Source: Atractiella rhizophila
Taxonomy: Eukaryota
Length of the DNA: 37,467 nucleotides
Assembly: GCA_021432655.1 (NCBI GenBank)
Contig: MU271428.1
Location: forward strand, 29,371 to 66,837
Direction: 5' to 3'
The notes under the pieces were generated by a model, which saw only the letters and a program-made list of their open reading frames with translations, made no database searches and was not told the origin of the DNA. The number at the start of each line of letters is the position of its first letter. The stretch's first letter is position 1. The translations under genes were made by a program, and so were the position numbers. Positions 22,244-35,511 of the stretch are shown here, in pieces.

Positions 22244-25200
22244 TTAACGATGATCGGCTTCTTCTCGTAGAACGTCTGCCCACACACTGGTGGTCATTGA
22301 ATTCAGAATATCGTCTGGGGTTTCCTGTGGTTGCATCGAGAAGCGAATGTCATGAGAGCGCTCGCTGACCGCTGAACCGCGTCTGTCGAAGTAATCATCG
22401 TCATTTCCCGGTGACAAAGCGATCCTGCTAAATGCAGCGGATAGTGGCGAGTAAGGTGTTGCCGCCACGGGTGACTCGCTGCGACCGCGACTGGTGGGAG
22501 AGGGTGGCTGAGGAGAGAGAGCGGACATGTCCAGTTGAAGGCTGGGTCGCATAGGATGATCCGTTTCGACGAAGATAGCGGGTACTGTGCATCCAGGTTT
22601 AGGAAGACCTAGTGGAGAAAAGTTGTAACGGACCTTCTTTGCCATCTTTGATGGCCTGCTGCAACCGCTTCTCTTCCCGCATGGCAAGGAAACGTCGCCG
22701 CCAGTAGATCGTTTTGAGAAGCCCACGAACACGATCTATGCTGACCAAATCCTCTACGCGCTCCTTTTCATCCCGCCGCTTTATAAGATCCTCGAGTCTG
22801 GACGAAATTAGACTACACCAAACAAAATGAGAGTAGAACTTGCCTCAAAGCATTGTCATCGTCAATAAGCTTGTAGTGAGCCAGGAGGATCAACATCCGG
22901 TTAAATGAGATACCCCGACCTTTGTCCCCTATCATCATCGCCTCCTTGTACAGTCTATTGTATATCTGTTTCCGCCGTTTTATCTCGGCAATGTCCATAT
23001 TGTTGAGATGGTTCTGCAGCTTTCGAATGTCGATGCCATCCACAATAGTCGTTTTACGATACTGGCCCATGTCGGGTTGCGAGACCTCGTGCAGGGCACG
23101 CAGTCGAAACTCGTCTGGAAACGGTTTGACTTCCCAAACACCAGATAATTTCTACGGCGCAAGTCAGAATGAGGATCCGCTAACAATAGAAGGCGCACGG
23201 CAAAGAAAGGAACAAAGTTCCTGCGTTTGATGTAGCCTGTCATTTCAGAATCGAACTCGTTCCAAAGCTTCTTGAAGCGCCTCATCTCGTCCCTGTTGAT
23301 GGACGTGACCCGACCATAAAGCTGGAAGACGTATGAGAAGTTTTCAACCACCACACCAGTAAACCTGTTGTAGGCACGGATCAATCATGACCTCTGCGCA
23401 ACGGCATGAACAGCTTACATGTTCAAGAAAATGTACATCGAGAGCACATTCCAGCTTATGAATAAAATGTAAGCTCCAGCAGCGTTCCCACAGTCCGAGA
23501 AAAGAAAGTTTGGCGAAGGGGTGCAAGAAGGATCTACACGATGGTGAGGGTGGAGTGGAGATGTCGGCGATTTCACTCACAATCAGCCACATAATCATGC
23601 ATAAAAGTATTCCAACCCTCTCTGTACAAGTATCAGTTTCTATGACCCGGTGTCACCTGAAACAGCTTACCCAGTGCTGGCTAAACTCAGCATGATCAGA
23701 GCCTTCCAGAATGTCTGGTAATTTGCATTCCACAACGCAGTGGGGCCCCATCGCGTTAGACCGAAGACTTCAATGTAAAAGATCGCCCAGGTCAAGAAGA
23801 GAGTAAGCCAAATGGCGAACAGATTGAGAATGGCCGGTAAACTCGCCCTATTTCGCCCATTAGCTACAAGAATTCCATGCAATGAGGACCACGAACACCG
23901 CAGTTTTGAACAGTTGATTCAAGCTATTGTTTTTCTGAACTAGCTTGAATGCGATGCTGACCAAGAAGAGTTTTTGGAGCCTGATTCGCAATCAGTGAAA
24001 AGCTTAGACAGCACAAGAGATTGAGCATACTGAATGGCAGCTTGGTCAGCGGTTCGTAAAATAACTGGGAACGTGGTTGCGAATGATCCGGTGACCACGA
24101 GGATGTCGTACAGATTCCACCCGTTCTTGCGATAGCTTGTCCATCCCAACCCGTTCAACCGAACAAAGATGTCGATAGCGTAAATGATAGTGAGGAACAA
24201 GAACACGAAATCTAGTTTATCATGAGGACAACAACTTCGAGAATTGAAACCAAACGGGTACCTCTCAGTCGATCAGCCCATTCAGGACTGGTGTCAGTTT
24301 GCGTCATAAGAACGACAATATGGACAATGTAGAGTCCTGTCAGCGTCCTTGACCACCAACCGTTCTTTTGAATCGTTCGATCGTAACACCATCGCTTAAA
24401 TCCATTGGTTGGCGGTTGACGAGGTCGACGAGAGGGTCTCTGCCGGTAAATGAGCTTCCGCAGGTCGATCCACTGACGTTGCTCGGTAGTAAGGAGTGCC
24501 ATACCAGACCGCTGTGTAAAGTTTTCGATAATGATGCTGATGAAAAGAGTGAGGATGACCACCGCTCCAATAAGGTTGTAGATAACGAAGAAGATAGAGT
24601 TGTGCTGTGAAGCATCTTGTTCGCTCTGTTGGTCTTTGCCGACAATCCCCATGGCAGAAGTCATGACGTTTATCCAACCTTCCAAAGAGATAATTTCGAA
24701 AAGGATCAGTAGCGCTGATTTAAAAGAGTCGAAGGAGTAAACATAGGGATTGATCCAACTTCGTGGGGCCAAAAACTCCCAATCTCCGAGAGGAGAGCTA
24801 GAGAATTCGCCGAGACATGTTTGCTTGCCAGAAGCGTTGCCGTCATTGCAGTAGTAGAAGAGTCCGGAGAAAAGGTTTTGTCCCCAGATGGCGAAAGGAA
24901 TGATGTATAGGATAGCCAAAATCGACGCGTCTAGAATCCGACTGGCCCCGATGATGAACACGGCATAAAACGTATCGCGGGTTCGTGTAGTGATGGTTAT
25001 GAGGCGAAGAGCACGAAGCGCCTTCAAAGCTCGAGTGAAAGCGTTGACCCCTCCTCCGCTGGAGATGGCCGTGCCGATATTAGCGACGGTAGCCAGAAGA
25101 ATGAAGAAATCGATACGGTTCCAGGTACTGAGAAGGTAGGCATGAGGGGCGAAGATGAAACCGTCTGCGATGACCTTGATCAGGAACTCTACCACAAAGA

Positions 25201-28200
25201 TAAATCCCAGAGAAACTAAAAAGGTATCAGCGTTTGATCAGTGCTAATGAAGTGAGCTTACCTTCTGTCAAATTGAACCATGTCCAGCGAAGTTCACCGT
25301 GGTCGAGAAGGAACTCTCGACGGTAGGGAGGAGTAGCGATAGCGGCGACGACAAGGCTGCCTACGATGGCGATGAAGACTACAATTTGAAAGATTCTGCT
25401 GTATATTGGATCCGTCAACACTCCAAACACTCGTGGAGTATCCTGAGGAGGTCGAGCAACTCGTTGACAGAATCGGCGGAACCTGTTCCTCTGAGAGAAT
25501 ATCCAAAGAGACCGATCATACGTGGGATGATTGCTGATGAAATCCCGTTGCAGAGCAATTCGCTCTGCCTGAAGGTCTGCCATGTCTCCCATTTCTCGGG
25601 GTGTCTGCGTTGACAGGAGAGCACTGCAATTTCATCAGCATGATGGACACACTGTTACGTTAAAGACGAACAGTTGGCTCTCCCAATCGTCTTGGTCTCC
25701 ATCGTCGTCCAAAGACTTACGCTTGACATCTTCCCCCTTTTCCCGCTTTACATCTCCATCCAGACGAAGGACACGTCGAGCTCTTCGCACGAAAGCGGCA
25801 GATCTCAATGCCGGATCAGTGGGCTATCCCTTCTTTAGTATCCTCTTCTCGTGATGGTGAATGAAGCTCGCCTGCAACATCTCCTGCCCGGTCATGTAGT
25901 CCCTCACCACATTCTTCTTCATCGGCAGCACTAAACTGGAAGGGATATTCTCGACGGCGACTGCTTTAGGTTTCGGCTTGAAATATCGATAGGGATTGAA
26001 GCGAGTGAACCAGTTCTTCTCGAGCTGTGAGGGTTGTTGACCTTCTACGAATGCCTTTCGTTGAGCTTCCCTTTTCTGCTCCTCTGCGACTGAAAAGCTC
26101 TCGTTGATGACAGCGATAAACATAGCCAGAAGAATGACTTCACGGTACCATCAGCCAGTATTTTTAAACATACGCTGAATACGAACAGTACGCGAATATA
26201 AGCCAACCTGCAAGGAAGATGGCGACGATAAACGCCTGGTTCCACTCTGACTCAGAGGAGGTTCCACTATAGAGAACCGTTGTCCAGTTTTCGGACGAGA
26301 AGATCTATAGGGCATTGTGAGAGGTTACCAAGCGGTGGAAGTATAATGGAACTGACCTGATACATGGCGAGAAAACCATTGTAAATATGCTTAAAATTCA
26401 TCTCACCGCTGTCCTCAGGGATGTCACCTCGCAAAAACTGTACGGCCTACATTCCCAAGTCAGCTACAGCGTCTCATGAAGTAAGCTACTTGCAATAAGA
26501 GCCCCAATGAAGTTGATCAGAAGTAGGAATAAAATCATGTTGATCAGTCCTGAGACATTCCCGAACAAACGCATCTGATAGGATCTTAGCATCACCTTCA
26601 TACCTACCCATTGAGTAAACTACACACCAAAAGAGGTTTCATCCTCGGCACTGCCAGGATGACCCTATAGAATCTAAGAATTTGAAAGACAGTGAGCCAT
26701 GGGTATGCTTCCGAATTTTTGATAACAGGTATTTGAATGATAAGGGTAATAATTGCGATAGTGGTATCAGCAATGTTGGCGGCGCGATAGAAGAATGATC
26801 TCCAATCGGGCAGATAGGAGAAGAAGCGGAGCAGGATCTCGGCAGCGAATATAATTGTGAATACCAGTTCGACGTTGTCTACAACCCCTTTCAGCAGTCG
26901 CATAACGGTCTCACGAAAGGCATACCCAAAAGATCCAACGCGTTTTGCGACATACCCGCCTCCTTTGAGCCTTGAAAGGCGATATCACCCAGAATAAGGA
27001 TAATCCATACGAAAGCGGTCTTCTCATAAATGGTCCTGAACCTGCTCGGCATTTTCTTTCTCCTTCCATCCGTCAGATTCCATCCCTCTCCATCGAGTTC
27101 GCTCAAGAACGGCCCCACTTGATGCGACGCAAACGCGCTCTGCTTCGTCTCTTCTGTGATAGTTGCGAAGGTATTGGTGATGACGGCGATGAAGAGCTGG
27201 ACAAGCCAGAAATTGAGAATTATGACGCAGATGATGAAAAAAAGAGAGGAGGCGAAAAAGTCCGCGTCCATCATTGAGAACATGAGAGTCGTCCATGTGT
27301 TCGCTATCCATCAACAAACACATCAACATCGTCTGGTTGAGGAAACGGAGGAATCGTACCAGAAGAGATGACGATGACTTGTAGAGAAGCAGCAAAAATA
27401 TGATCAAAGCTCTGTGTTCCATTATTCGGATTCGTAGCTTCCTGTAGCCATTTGACGCATCAAGCCCAAAACCGTTGTAAATATGCTTAAAATTCATCTC
27501 ACCGCTGTCCTCAGGGATGTCACCTCGCAAAAACTGTACGGCCTACATTCCCAAGTCAGCTACAGCATCTCATGAAGTAAGCTACTTGCAATAAGAGCGC
27601 CAATGAAGTTGATCAGAAGGAGGAATAAAATCATGTTGATCAGTCCCGAGACATTTCCGAACAAACGCATCTGATAGGATCTTAGCATCACCTTCATACC
27701 TACCCATTGAGTAAACGACACACCAAAAGAGGTTTCATCCTCGGCACTGCCAGGATGACCCTATAGAATCTAAGAATTTGAAAGACAGTGAGCCATGGGT
27801 ATGCCTCCGAATTTTTGATAACAGGTATTTGAATGATAAGGGTAATAATTGCGATGGCGGTATCAGCAATGTTGGCAGCGCGATAGAAGAATGATCTCCA
27901 ATCGGGCAGATAGGAGAAGAAGCGGAGCAGGATCTCGGCAGCGAATATAATTGTGAATACCAGTTCGACTTTGTCTGCAATCCCTTTCAGCAGTCGCCTA
28001 ACGGTCTCATGGAAGGCATACCCAAAAGATCCAACGCGTTTTGCGACATACCCGCCTCCTTTGAGCCTTGAAAGGCGATATCACCCAGGATAAGGATAAT
28101 CCATACGAAAGCGGTCTTCTCATAAATGGTCCTGAACCTGCTCGGCATTTTCTTTCTCCTTCCATCCGTCAGATTCCATCCCTCTCCATCCAGTTCGCTC

Positions 28201-30911
28201 AAGAACGGCCCCACTTGATGCGACGCGAACGCGCTCTGCTTCGTCTCTTCTGTGATAGTTGCGAAGGTGTTGGTGATGACGGCGATGAAGAGCTGGACAA
28301 GCCAGAAGTTGAGAATTATGACGCAGATGATGAAAAAGAGGGAGGAGGCGAAAAAGTCCGCGTCCATCATTGAGAACATGAGAGTCGTCCATGTGTTCGC
28401 TATCCATCAACAAACACATCAACATCGTCTGGTTGAGGAAACGGAGGAATCGTACCAGAAGAGATGACGATGACTTGTAGAGAAGCAGCAAAAATATGAT
28501 CAAAGCTCTGTGTTCCATTATTCGGATTCGTAGCTTCCTGTAGCCATTTGACGCATCAAGCCCGCTCCCTCTCAATCAACCATACAAAACAACGCACGAT
28601 GCATAACTGTCCCAATGGGCAAATAAACCCCTTGCCACCTTCTACTGGTACATTCTCGCCCTTCGGCAAGTATCCCACCTCCAAACCGGTCTCAGGGTCG
28701 ATGTGTCCGCCACAAAACTGATTCTCAAGCGTGAGGTTAGCTTGGTTCTCGGGATCTATCCAGACGCAGTTCCGTTTGAGAGAGCCTTTGAAGGATTGGA
28801 CGCCAATGATACTGAAGAGGATGACGGCGAAGAAGACAAAGAAGGCAACATTGACAAGTTGAGGACCGGCTACTTTCAAGGACTGAAGAATAGTCTATTC
28901 GCCCCTCGTGTAAGTATCTCTTTCAAAATGACACAAGGGAGTGAAGACGGACTGAAGTCCCAGAAGTGATAGTGAGCAACCTAGCGGCACGCAACACCGA
29001 TAGCGCCCTGAGAAAGTAGATATGTTTATCATACTCCACATCTGCAATCGCGAGTGCAAAAACGGTCCAGAAAGCAAGTATGGCGACAAAGTCAACCCGA
29101 TTCCAACTATGTCTGAGATACGGAGTCTGTGCGCTCTCCACCTGCCTTTCGATCGCAAGTTTGAATGGTGCTCCTTTGAGGGTACTATTGCTCTTCTGTC
29201 CATTGAGCGAACTTGAGATGCCCATGGGGACCGAAGTAGCACTCGCATTCCCATACCTCTTCGCGCTCCCGTTCGTCGAAGTCGATTTCGACACGAGGGA
29301 GGTTGTGGAGTTGTAAGACATCGCGCTTCCCCATTTTTCATGTGTCGCCTCCATCTCCAACATCTCTTCTTTCCTCCTCCCTCCTCCTACACCGGTCTTC
29401 GAACCGCCGATCCCATGGCTGAACGAAGAATTCATCAACTCCTCAATCGGTCGTGTGAGTCGCTTCCCCATATCCGATAGCGACATTCGTCCCGTCGGAC
29501 GAATGGAGCGTGTAATGCTGCCTCCGCGTTGGAGCAGCTCGGCTTGCTCGTTCGGGCCAAAAATCAATCCTGACACGATGATGCGGGCGAACATTTCAAT
29601 GCTTTTATGACATGGAGTCACCCCCGTCAATGTTACTGGGCAGAAAGAGTAGGAAAGAACATACGTGAAGGCGACGAAGAGACCGAACAGTGCATAATCC
29701 TCCCATGCGTGAAAATAACCCGGTTTACGAAACTGCTTCTCTGTCAAGGCATTCTTAGACGCTTGCAGGGTGAGAACGACAACATTGGCGATGATGAGGA
29801 GTAATATGAGAGGTTCTGTCCAAGCCGCCTTCAGGAGTCTCGCCAATCGAAGCCTGAGCCAATTATCCGGTCCAAACAATCCCAAAGAATATCCGCGCAA
29901 CTTTTCGATGCCATCGAAACCAGGATATGAATATCCAGCGTCTCGATCGAGCAGGATCCGTTCTTCACGCTCATGCATGGGCATCGTTTTCTCCTCTCTC
30001 TCCTCTTCCTCCTCTTCGTCGTCTCCGAATCCTCCCTCTCGACTATCCCGTATCCGCTCATGATATCGAGTTGCACGTTCGCGTCCTTGTCCTGGGTGAG
30101 GAGTGATGGGAGAGATGAATTGGCGGGAGCGACGAGAGAAGGAGTCGGCGTTGGCGTTCACTACTCTTAACGAGAGGCGACGCAATGCATGGGCAGCACG
30201 ACCGATGGGTGAGACTGCGTCTTGGGCTGATGCAGGGGCTACGGAGGTGGATATCGATACCCGTGGACGGTTAGGTTTGGAAGAAGACGTGGAAGGGCGA
30301 GGGGGAGCGAGTGTGGCTTCGAGGGATGAGGATGGATCTCCCGGCGGATGGGAAGAGGACGAAGCGGTGATGAGTTGAGGATTGGAGTAGGAAGTGTTGG
30401 GAATGGCGTGGAAGGCTTGTTTCCCTCCTCGTTTCTGCAAGTAGGGAGAACGTAGTGTCTCCTTCGCTGAGTCGGAGAGTGGGAGTGAGGAGGTGGAAGA
30501 CGTTGGTGAATCGTGATACGAAGTTGAGGGGTCTCCAGACTCGCGCCATTGCCATTGATCGTCTCTCCTGCCCCTTCCTCTCTCATTCCCCGCCGCAACA
30601 CCAAGATATGCCAACGGAACAGTCTGTGAAAAGTCACCACTCCCCCCTCCGAGTCCAAGACCCATATCACTACCCTCTCCTCGAGGGTTTCCACCATAAG
30701 CTCCGCTCCTCCGCCTCAACTCCCTCCAATCACCACTCCCGCTCTCGTTCACCGGACTTCCAGTCCTGTGCGCCGTCGTCGTCGATGCCGTCGCGTTGAA
30801 GTTTGAGCTCGAAGCGGCGGCCGTGTCATTGTGGGCGTAGAGGGAGATGAAGGAGTCGTGGGACGGATTGTGCGAAGGGGACGACGGGCGAAGGTAGGAG
30901 GAAGAGTTCAT
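22244..30911 (-). CDS. CCH1: High-affinity voltage-gated-type Ca2+ channel alpha subunit Cch1 (four-domain), interrupted by an internal tandem duplication
   Basis: Four repeats with S4 segments ([34 protein letters not shown]). Pore motifs ISSANTW / FSSENW / ISLEGW / STGEGW give an N-E-E-E filter typical of fungal Cch1. Also [11 protein letters not shown] and a C-terminal EF-hand-like [16 protein letters not shown]. Confidence 0.95.
26372..28563. repeat. Head-to-tail tandem duplication of 1096 bp (26372-27467 and 27468-28563) within CCH1
   Basis: Constant 1096-nt offset (e.g. ORFs 26891-27283 vs 27987-28379), no indels, about 23 substitutions counted by eye. The junction is CAAGCCC|AAAACC at 27467/27468. 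Confidence 0.97.
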
Positions 30912-32531
30912 ATGCTAACTATTAGAAGAATACGTAGAAATTACTTGAATGGTCGTTGTAGCGGCAGTTGTGAGCACTTTGGGCGAGTCCAAATGCAAGG
31001 ATGTTGGTGGAAGGAGATGAAGGAATGCGTGAGTCGGAGCGATCACCAACGACGACCTTCGTTACTCGACCGTTCCGTATTTACAGCCTCACAAGCCAGA
31101 AATACCACAGCGCATCACAACGTTACATCCAGTGCATGTGTCGGATCTCATGCGCCCGGGAATGTGAATGGACAGAGAGGAATTGCTCCGGAAATCATGA
31201 GCGTGAGAGTCGACTTTTCGGGCTCCTGTGTTTGCTCGACATTCCAACAAAAGGTCCCCAAATCTTTCCTATTCTCTGGGACTCTGGAGACCACAGAAAC
31301 TACGGCTGTCTGTTGCTATTGCACACGTTTTGCGAGAGAAGCGTCATGAAAGACGTGGATGGAACTTTCATTTTTCCCATGGGAAAGCGCTGGCAATGCA
31401 CAACTGTGCAAGCAGGTGCAAGATGCTGGAACGCAATTTCTCGAAATGCCAACATCGCAAACAGCAGTGCAAAAGTGCAACATTCCGCCTGAGCAGCAAT
31501 CAGCTGACATAACAAGAACCCTTCTAGTGTTGCTACGTGATAATGAAACCATGCTAGAGCACTTGAGAGTGGACTAGGTTTCTGAAGAAAAAGCTAAACT
31601 GCATGAACGTCGTGATCTGGAAGACTCTTCTAATGATCCTTCTGCTTGATTGAGATCACTAGGAAGTTCGAACCTTGCTTCCACCTCAAACAATCACTAA
31701 TTACGAATGTATGTATCCTGTACAAAAGATGTGTTGAACTTATCAACACTTCCTGTCTAATTTCGTTGTAAAATTCACGTTTGTAGGAATGCGATTGTGA
31801 TGCTCGCCAATTCAATAGCTCTTAAAGTCATTCAAAACATATTTCAAACCTTCAAAGGTGGTGTCACCTTTTGGAAGGTGTTGTGAATAGAACATTGTGT
31901 TTATGGAAGCGAGTACCTTCAACCGCTCTGTACATGTTTCCGCAAAGCCATATCTATGGAGAAATGCAGCATATTATGGTCCGACTTAGTCCTCGGAAGT
32001 ACAAGTACAAGTCCTCTCGTTTTTCTCAGGAGTGTGAAGATTGTTGAACACTATTGCGTCCCTAGACCTCTTACAAATGACACAGCTGCTGTCATCACTT
32101 ACTTGTGCCCTTAGAAAGTGTGCTGGGCTGCAACTTTCGGAACAACGGGAGTACATCAGGTATTATTCGCTACGATATCAGCTACAAACAAACACAGAGG
32201 CGAAGCAAGAAATCATGCGCCTCAAGGGTGCTGCAGCTACTGTGCTGAACGGAGCGAATGGTAGATTACAACAACATATCGTGAGAGCAAGCCAAGATTT
32301 AGAAACCAGAGCCGAGAAATCACGCATCAGAACTGAAGTAAAGACGAAAAAGGGTATGCGTATCAGCAATTTTCTGCCGAAATATGGCTCAAGAACGACA
32401 TAAGTGGTATACAAGAAGAGGAGATGAAAAAGAAACGCGAATTGACAAAGCTATGTTGGATCAAGAAAAGATGATACAAGATTGAGACAGGAAAAGAAAT
32501 TCGAAAAGAATCAGATAGAATCAAACAATGT

Positions 32532-34559
32532 TCATGCAAACACGTCCTCGACTGAACTGCTCCTGGAGCTTGGGCGATCCGACCACGACAGGACGTTCTC
32601 CAGGCTTTCCTTGATACCCTTCAACTGTTCAAACATCTCGACGCCCAAGCCGACCAGGGTTTCATGGGAGTCATTGGGCAATGGATCACCCTGGGGATAC
32701 ACTGTCGACTCACTTTCGTCGTCGGAGTCCTCCATGGCCTGAAGTCCGGAACGAAAAAGTTCCCAGCGGATCGCTTCCAATCCTCCTTCTCCATCCAACT
32801 CTTCCATCTCTTCTTCCTCCGATGAACTGCTCCCGGAGAACCTTCTTCTTCTGATGGGAGTCGGTGGAGGAACACCGAAAGAAATTGCGCGTCGAACGGC
32901 AAGACGGGTACGAGTGACAACAGGCGTCGTATGTGGAGCGGCTGGGGTTGTGCTGGGAGGCGGAGGAGCGGTAATACCGTCGAGGATCTCAATGGAGGAA
33001 GCGGGACTGGTGTTCTGAGTCGAAGTGTCCGACGGACCGTCAAACATGTCTGGAGACTCGAGTAGGGTTGGGATTGTGCCGGATGGTGAAGGCGTCACGT
33101 AAGAATCCGGCGCGAAGCGAGTTCTCGTCCTTCGGGGAGAAAGCAAAATTGATTCGTCTCTTCCTTCCCGGATAGGTGAAAGCGCCGGAGCCCAAGAAGT
33201 TTGACGTGCGAGTGCGCGGTGGATCGCATTTGTATGCATCGTTTCTTCAATGCTTGTTTCCTCGTCTTCATCGTCTGACGCGCCAATAGACCCCATGTCC
33301 TCCCATGCCGACTCCTCATCGTCATCCTCCATCTCAGCATCAAAGTGCGGTACCTCCTCTTCGGTTTCTGTGTCTTCTCCTTCGCTGTTCCACTCTTCTT
33401 CAGACTCGTCGGAAGCTATTTGTGCCTCGTCTGCAGAAACAGTTGTGAACTCGTCTTCGTTCATGTCTGCCTCAACGTTCAAGTACGACGATTTCGTGAC
33501 TGTACGCGTCCTTTCCATTGGGGGCAGCACAATTCCAGCTGACGGGAAAGATGAAGTGCTAATCGTTGTCACAGTCTTTCCAAGACGAGCGTTGAGCTCT
33601 CTGACCGCAGGTGATGGTGAGGCGACAACGGTCGTTCTTCTCCGTTCTCCAAAAGCTTCTTCCACTTGCACGCAGGCGGTAGAGATGGACGAACGAGAGC
33701 GGGAAAGTTTGCGTACGAACGAAGGTGGCGCGTCTGGAGAAAGAAGCGGAAACTAATCAGCTATGTCCCGAGCAAAGAAGGAAGAACGTACGTTGATCAA
33801 TAGATTTCTCGCCTTCGGTGGAGGAGCTTTCAACTTGCTGATCTTCTGCTGCATTGATATCTGATGAATAGTATGAGTCAGTGTGAGCGCAGGGAGAGTG
33901 AAACGACGCACGGTTACGAAGAATACTCGCCAGACTTGCTATCTTTTTGAGAAATGGCAGCGGCTTCCTCGGGAAAGAATCTATGACGGAATTTAACGGT
34001 TGAAACTCAATATTCAGAAATTGCGCACCGTTCGCCGGTTTTGGAGGCGGGATAACAACCGTCGTTGGACAGTCCACTACTTCATCCAGAATTTGAGGAA
34101 AGGCGTGTGGGATATCCAGATTTTTGGATGGTGGATTCACCATCATTTCTTCTACAAAATGGAGCTTATGAGACCCGACGAGTCATGTAAAGCGGAGCGG
34201 GACTGACCAGTATGAGAGATTCTGCGGCCCCAGTAGATTCCACACTTTCGCTCTCTCTCGCATTCCACTGCATGTATGTTCAACGCCTACCCAAACATGC
34301 AGAAGAGAAGAAAACGCGTACAGATAACTTCTGCGTTGAATTCGCGCACGAAATCATCGCCTGAAAGCGGGATGATGTACGGGCCAAACATTTTCTTCAA
34401 TTCTTCCTCCGTCTTCAGGTTACAGTTTAGCGGCCTTCTTCTTGTCTCCCTTTCCATTTCCTCGTCGATCCTGTTCGTTTCCTCTGCAACTGCCGGTTGT
34501 CTCGTACGAATGGCGCGTGAGATTTGGTCGAGTTCAGATGGTGAAAAAGCGAGCGCCAT
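32532..34559 (-). CDS. Hypothetical low-complexity protein (acidic and Ser/Pro/Thr-rich), no recognised domain
   Basis: ORFs 34287-34559, 33757-34146 and 32532-33671 join in frame through GT-AG introns (GTACGC, GTCAGT and GTACGT donors) and a small exon encoding ECERERKCGIYWGRRISHT. Confidence 0.65.
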
Positions 34560-35259
34560 TTCTTCGTCCCCCGAGAGGATATTACTGGGCTGTCAGGCGG
34601 TGGGTATGGTGGCGGTATGAGAGGAAGAAGGATATTATATGAAAGGCGCTGGTCTCAAAGGGGAAGAAGGCTCGAGCCATTTGCCTATCCGTCTTGTTGT
34701 CTCACTCACTTCACTTCCGTGAACCTTATTGACGCGTTTTGTCCGAATTCGGACAACGACCTGCCACAACAGTTACCAATTTCGACGGTTCAAGATGTTT
34801 TCGAAGCTGGATTGGGGCACGGTATCGCGGTTGGGGTTGAATCCAGTTGCCTGCTTGCCTATCCGTTTGGGGACATCGATTTATCTTGTTTGGTGACGTG
34901 CTCATGAAAGAGCCAACCCGGAGCGGCTGAACCGGGAAACGGGACATGTTGCACTCTGACATGAATGGTCCATTCCAGTTGAGCATTTTGATCATGCTCA
35001 TCTTTTGAGCGCGAGCAAGGCGCGACGCTCGGCAATTCCAGCTTGAGATTGCACTATGGATGAATTGGGGTGATGTTTTCGGTTCACGTCTTCCTTTGGC
35101 TCCCGTGTCTTTCCTCCTTCCTCTCTTGCGATTGGAGGAAGGCGACCGAATGGAAGGCGAGATCACGCCCCAGCGCGTGCTTCGTAGCTCTAGAGTCAGT
35201 GAGAGATCGCTGGTCCGTTGAGCAATTTAAACAGGCTGAGGGGGCTGAGGAGGGAAAAA

Positions 35260-35290
35260 TTATCTTATAAGATAGCGCAGTTATCAGATA
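35260..35290. promoter_or_regulatory. Cluster of GATA elements including an ATCTGATAA SreA/Urbs1-type iron-repression site upstream of sidA
   Basis: TTATCAGAT (35281-35289) is ATCTGATAA on the minus strand. A perfect 14-bp palindrome TATCTTATAAGATA (35261-35274) carries two inverted GATA cores. About 220-250 nt upstream of the sidA ATG. Confidence 0.7.
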
Positions 35291-35511
35291 CCGGTACATC
35301 ACCACTTTTGCCCTTTACTCCAACTTTTCCATCTGCTGCAAGGAAAACAAAGCTTACTCCCTCAAAGTCTCCCTATACATCCTACAGGATATACCCTGAC
35401 ATCTGACATCGATCAAGCCTGCTGCGCTTCAGCCTGTACGACGCATTTCAACATCTCTTGGAAGCTGACCTCATCCGATTGCTCGATTTCGACAGCTTCG
35501 TCAGAACCACC

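Noticed and set aside
30831..32414. ORFs 30831-31349, 31001-31492 and 32041-32403 as genes
   Set aside because: Non-ATG or weak starts, no domain, no consistent splice model. They lie in the CCH1 upstream region or antisense to the orphan gene's 3' UTR.
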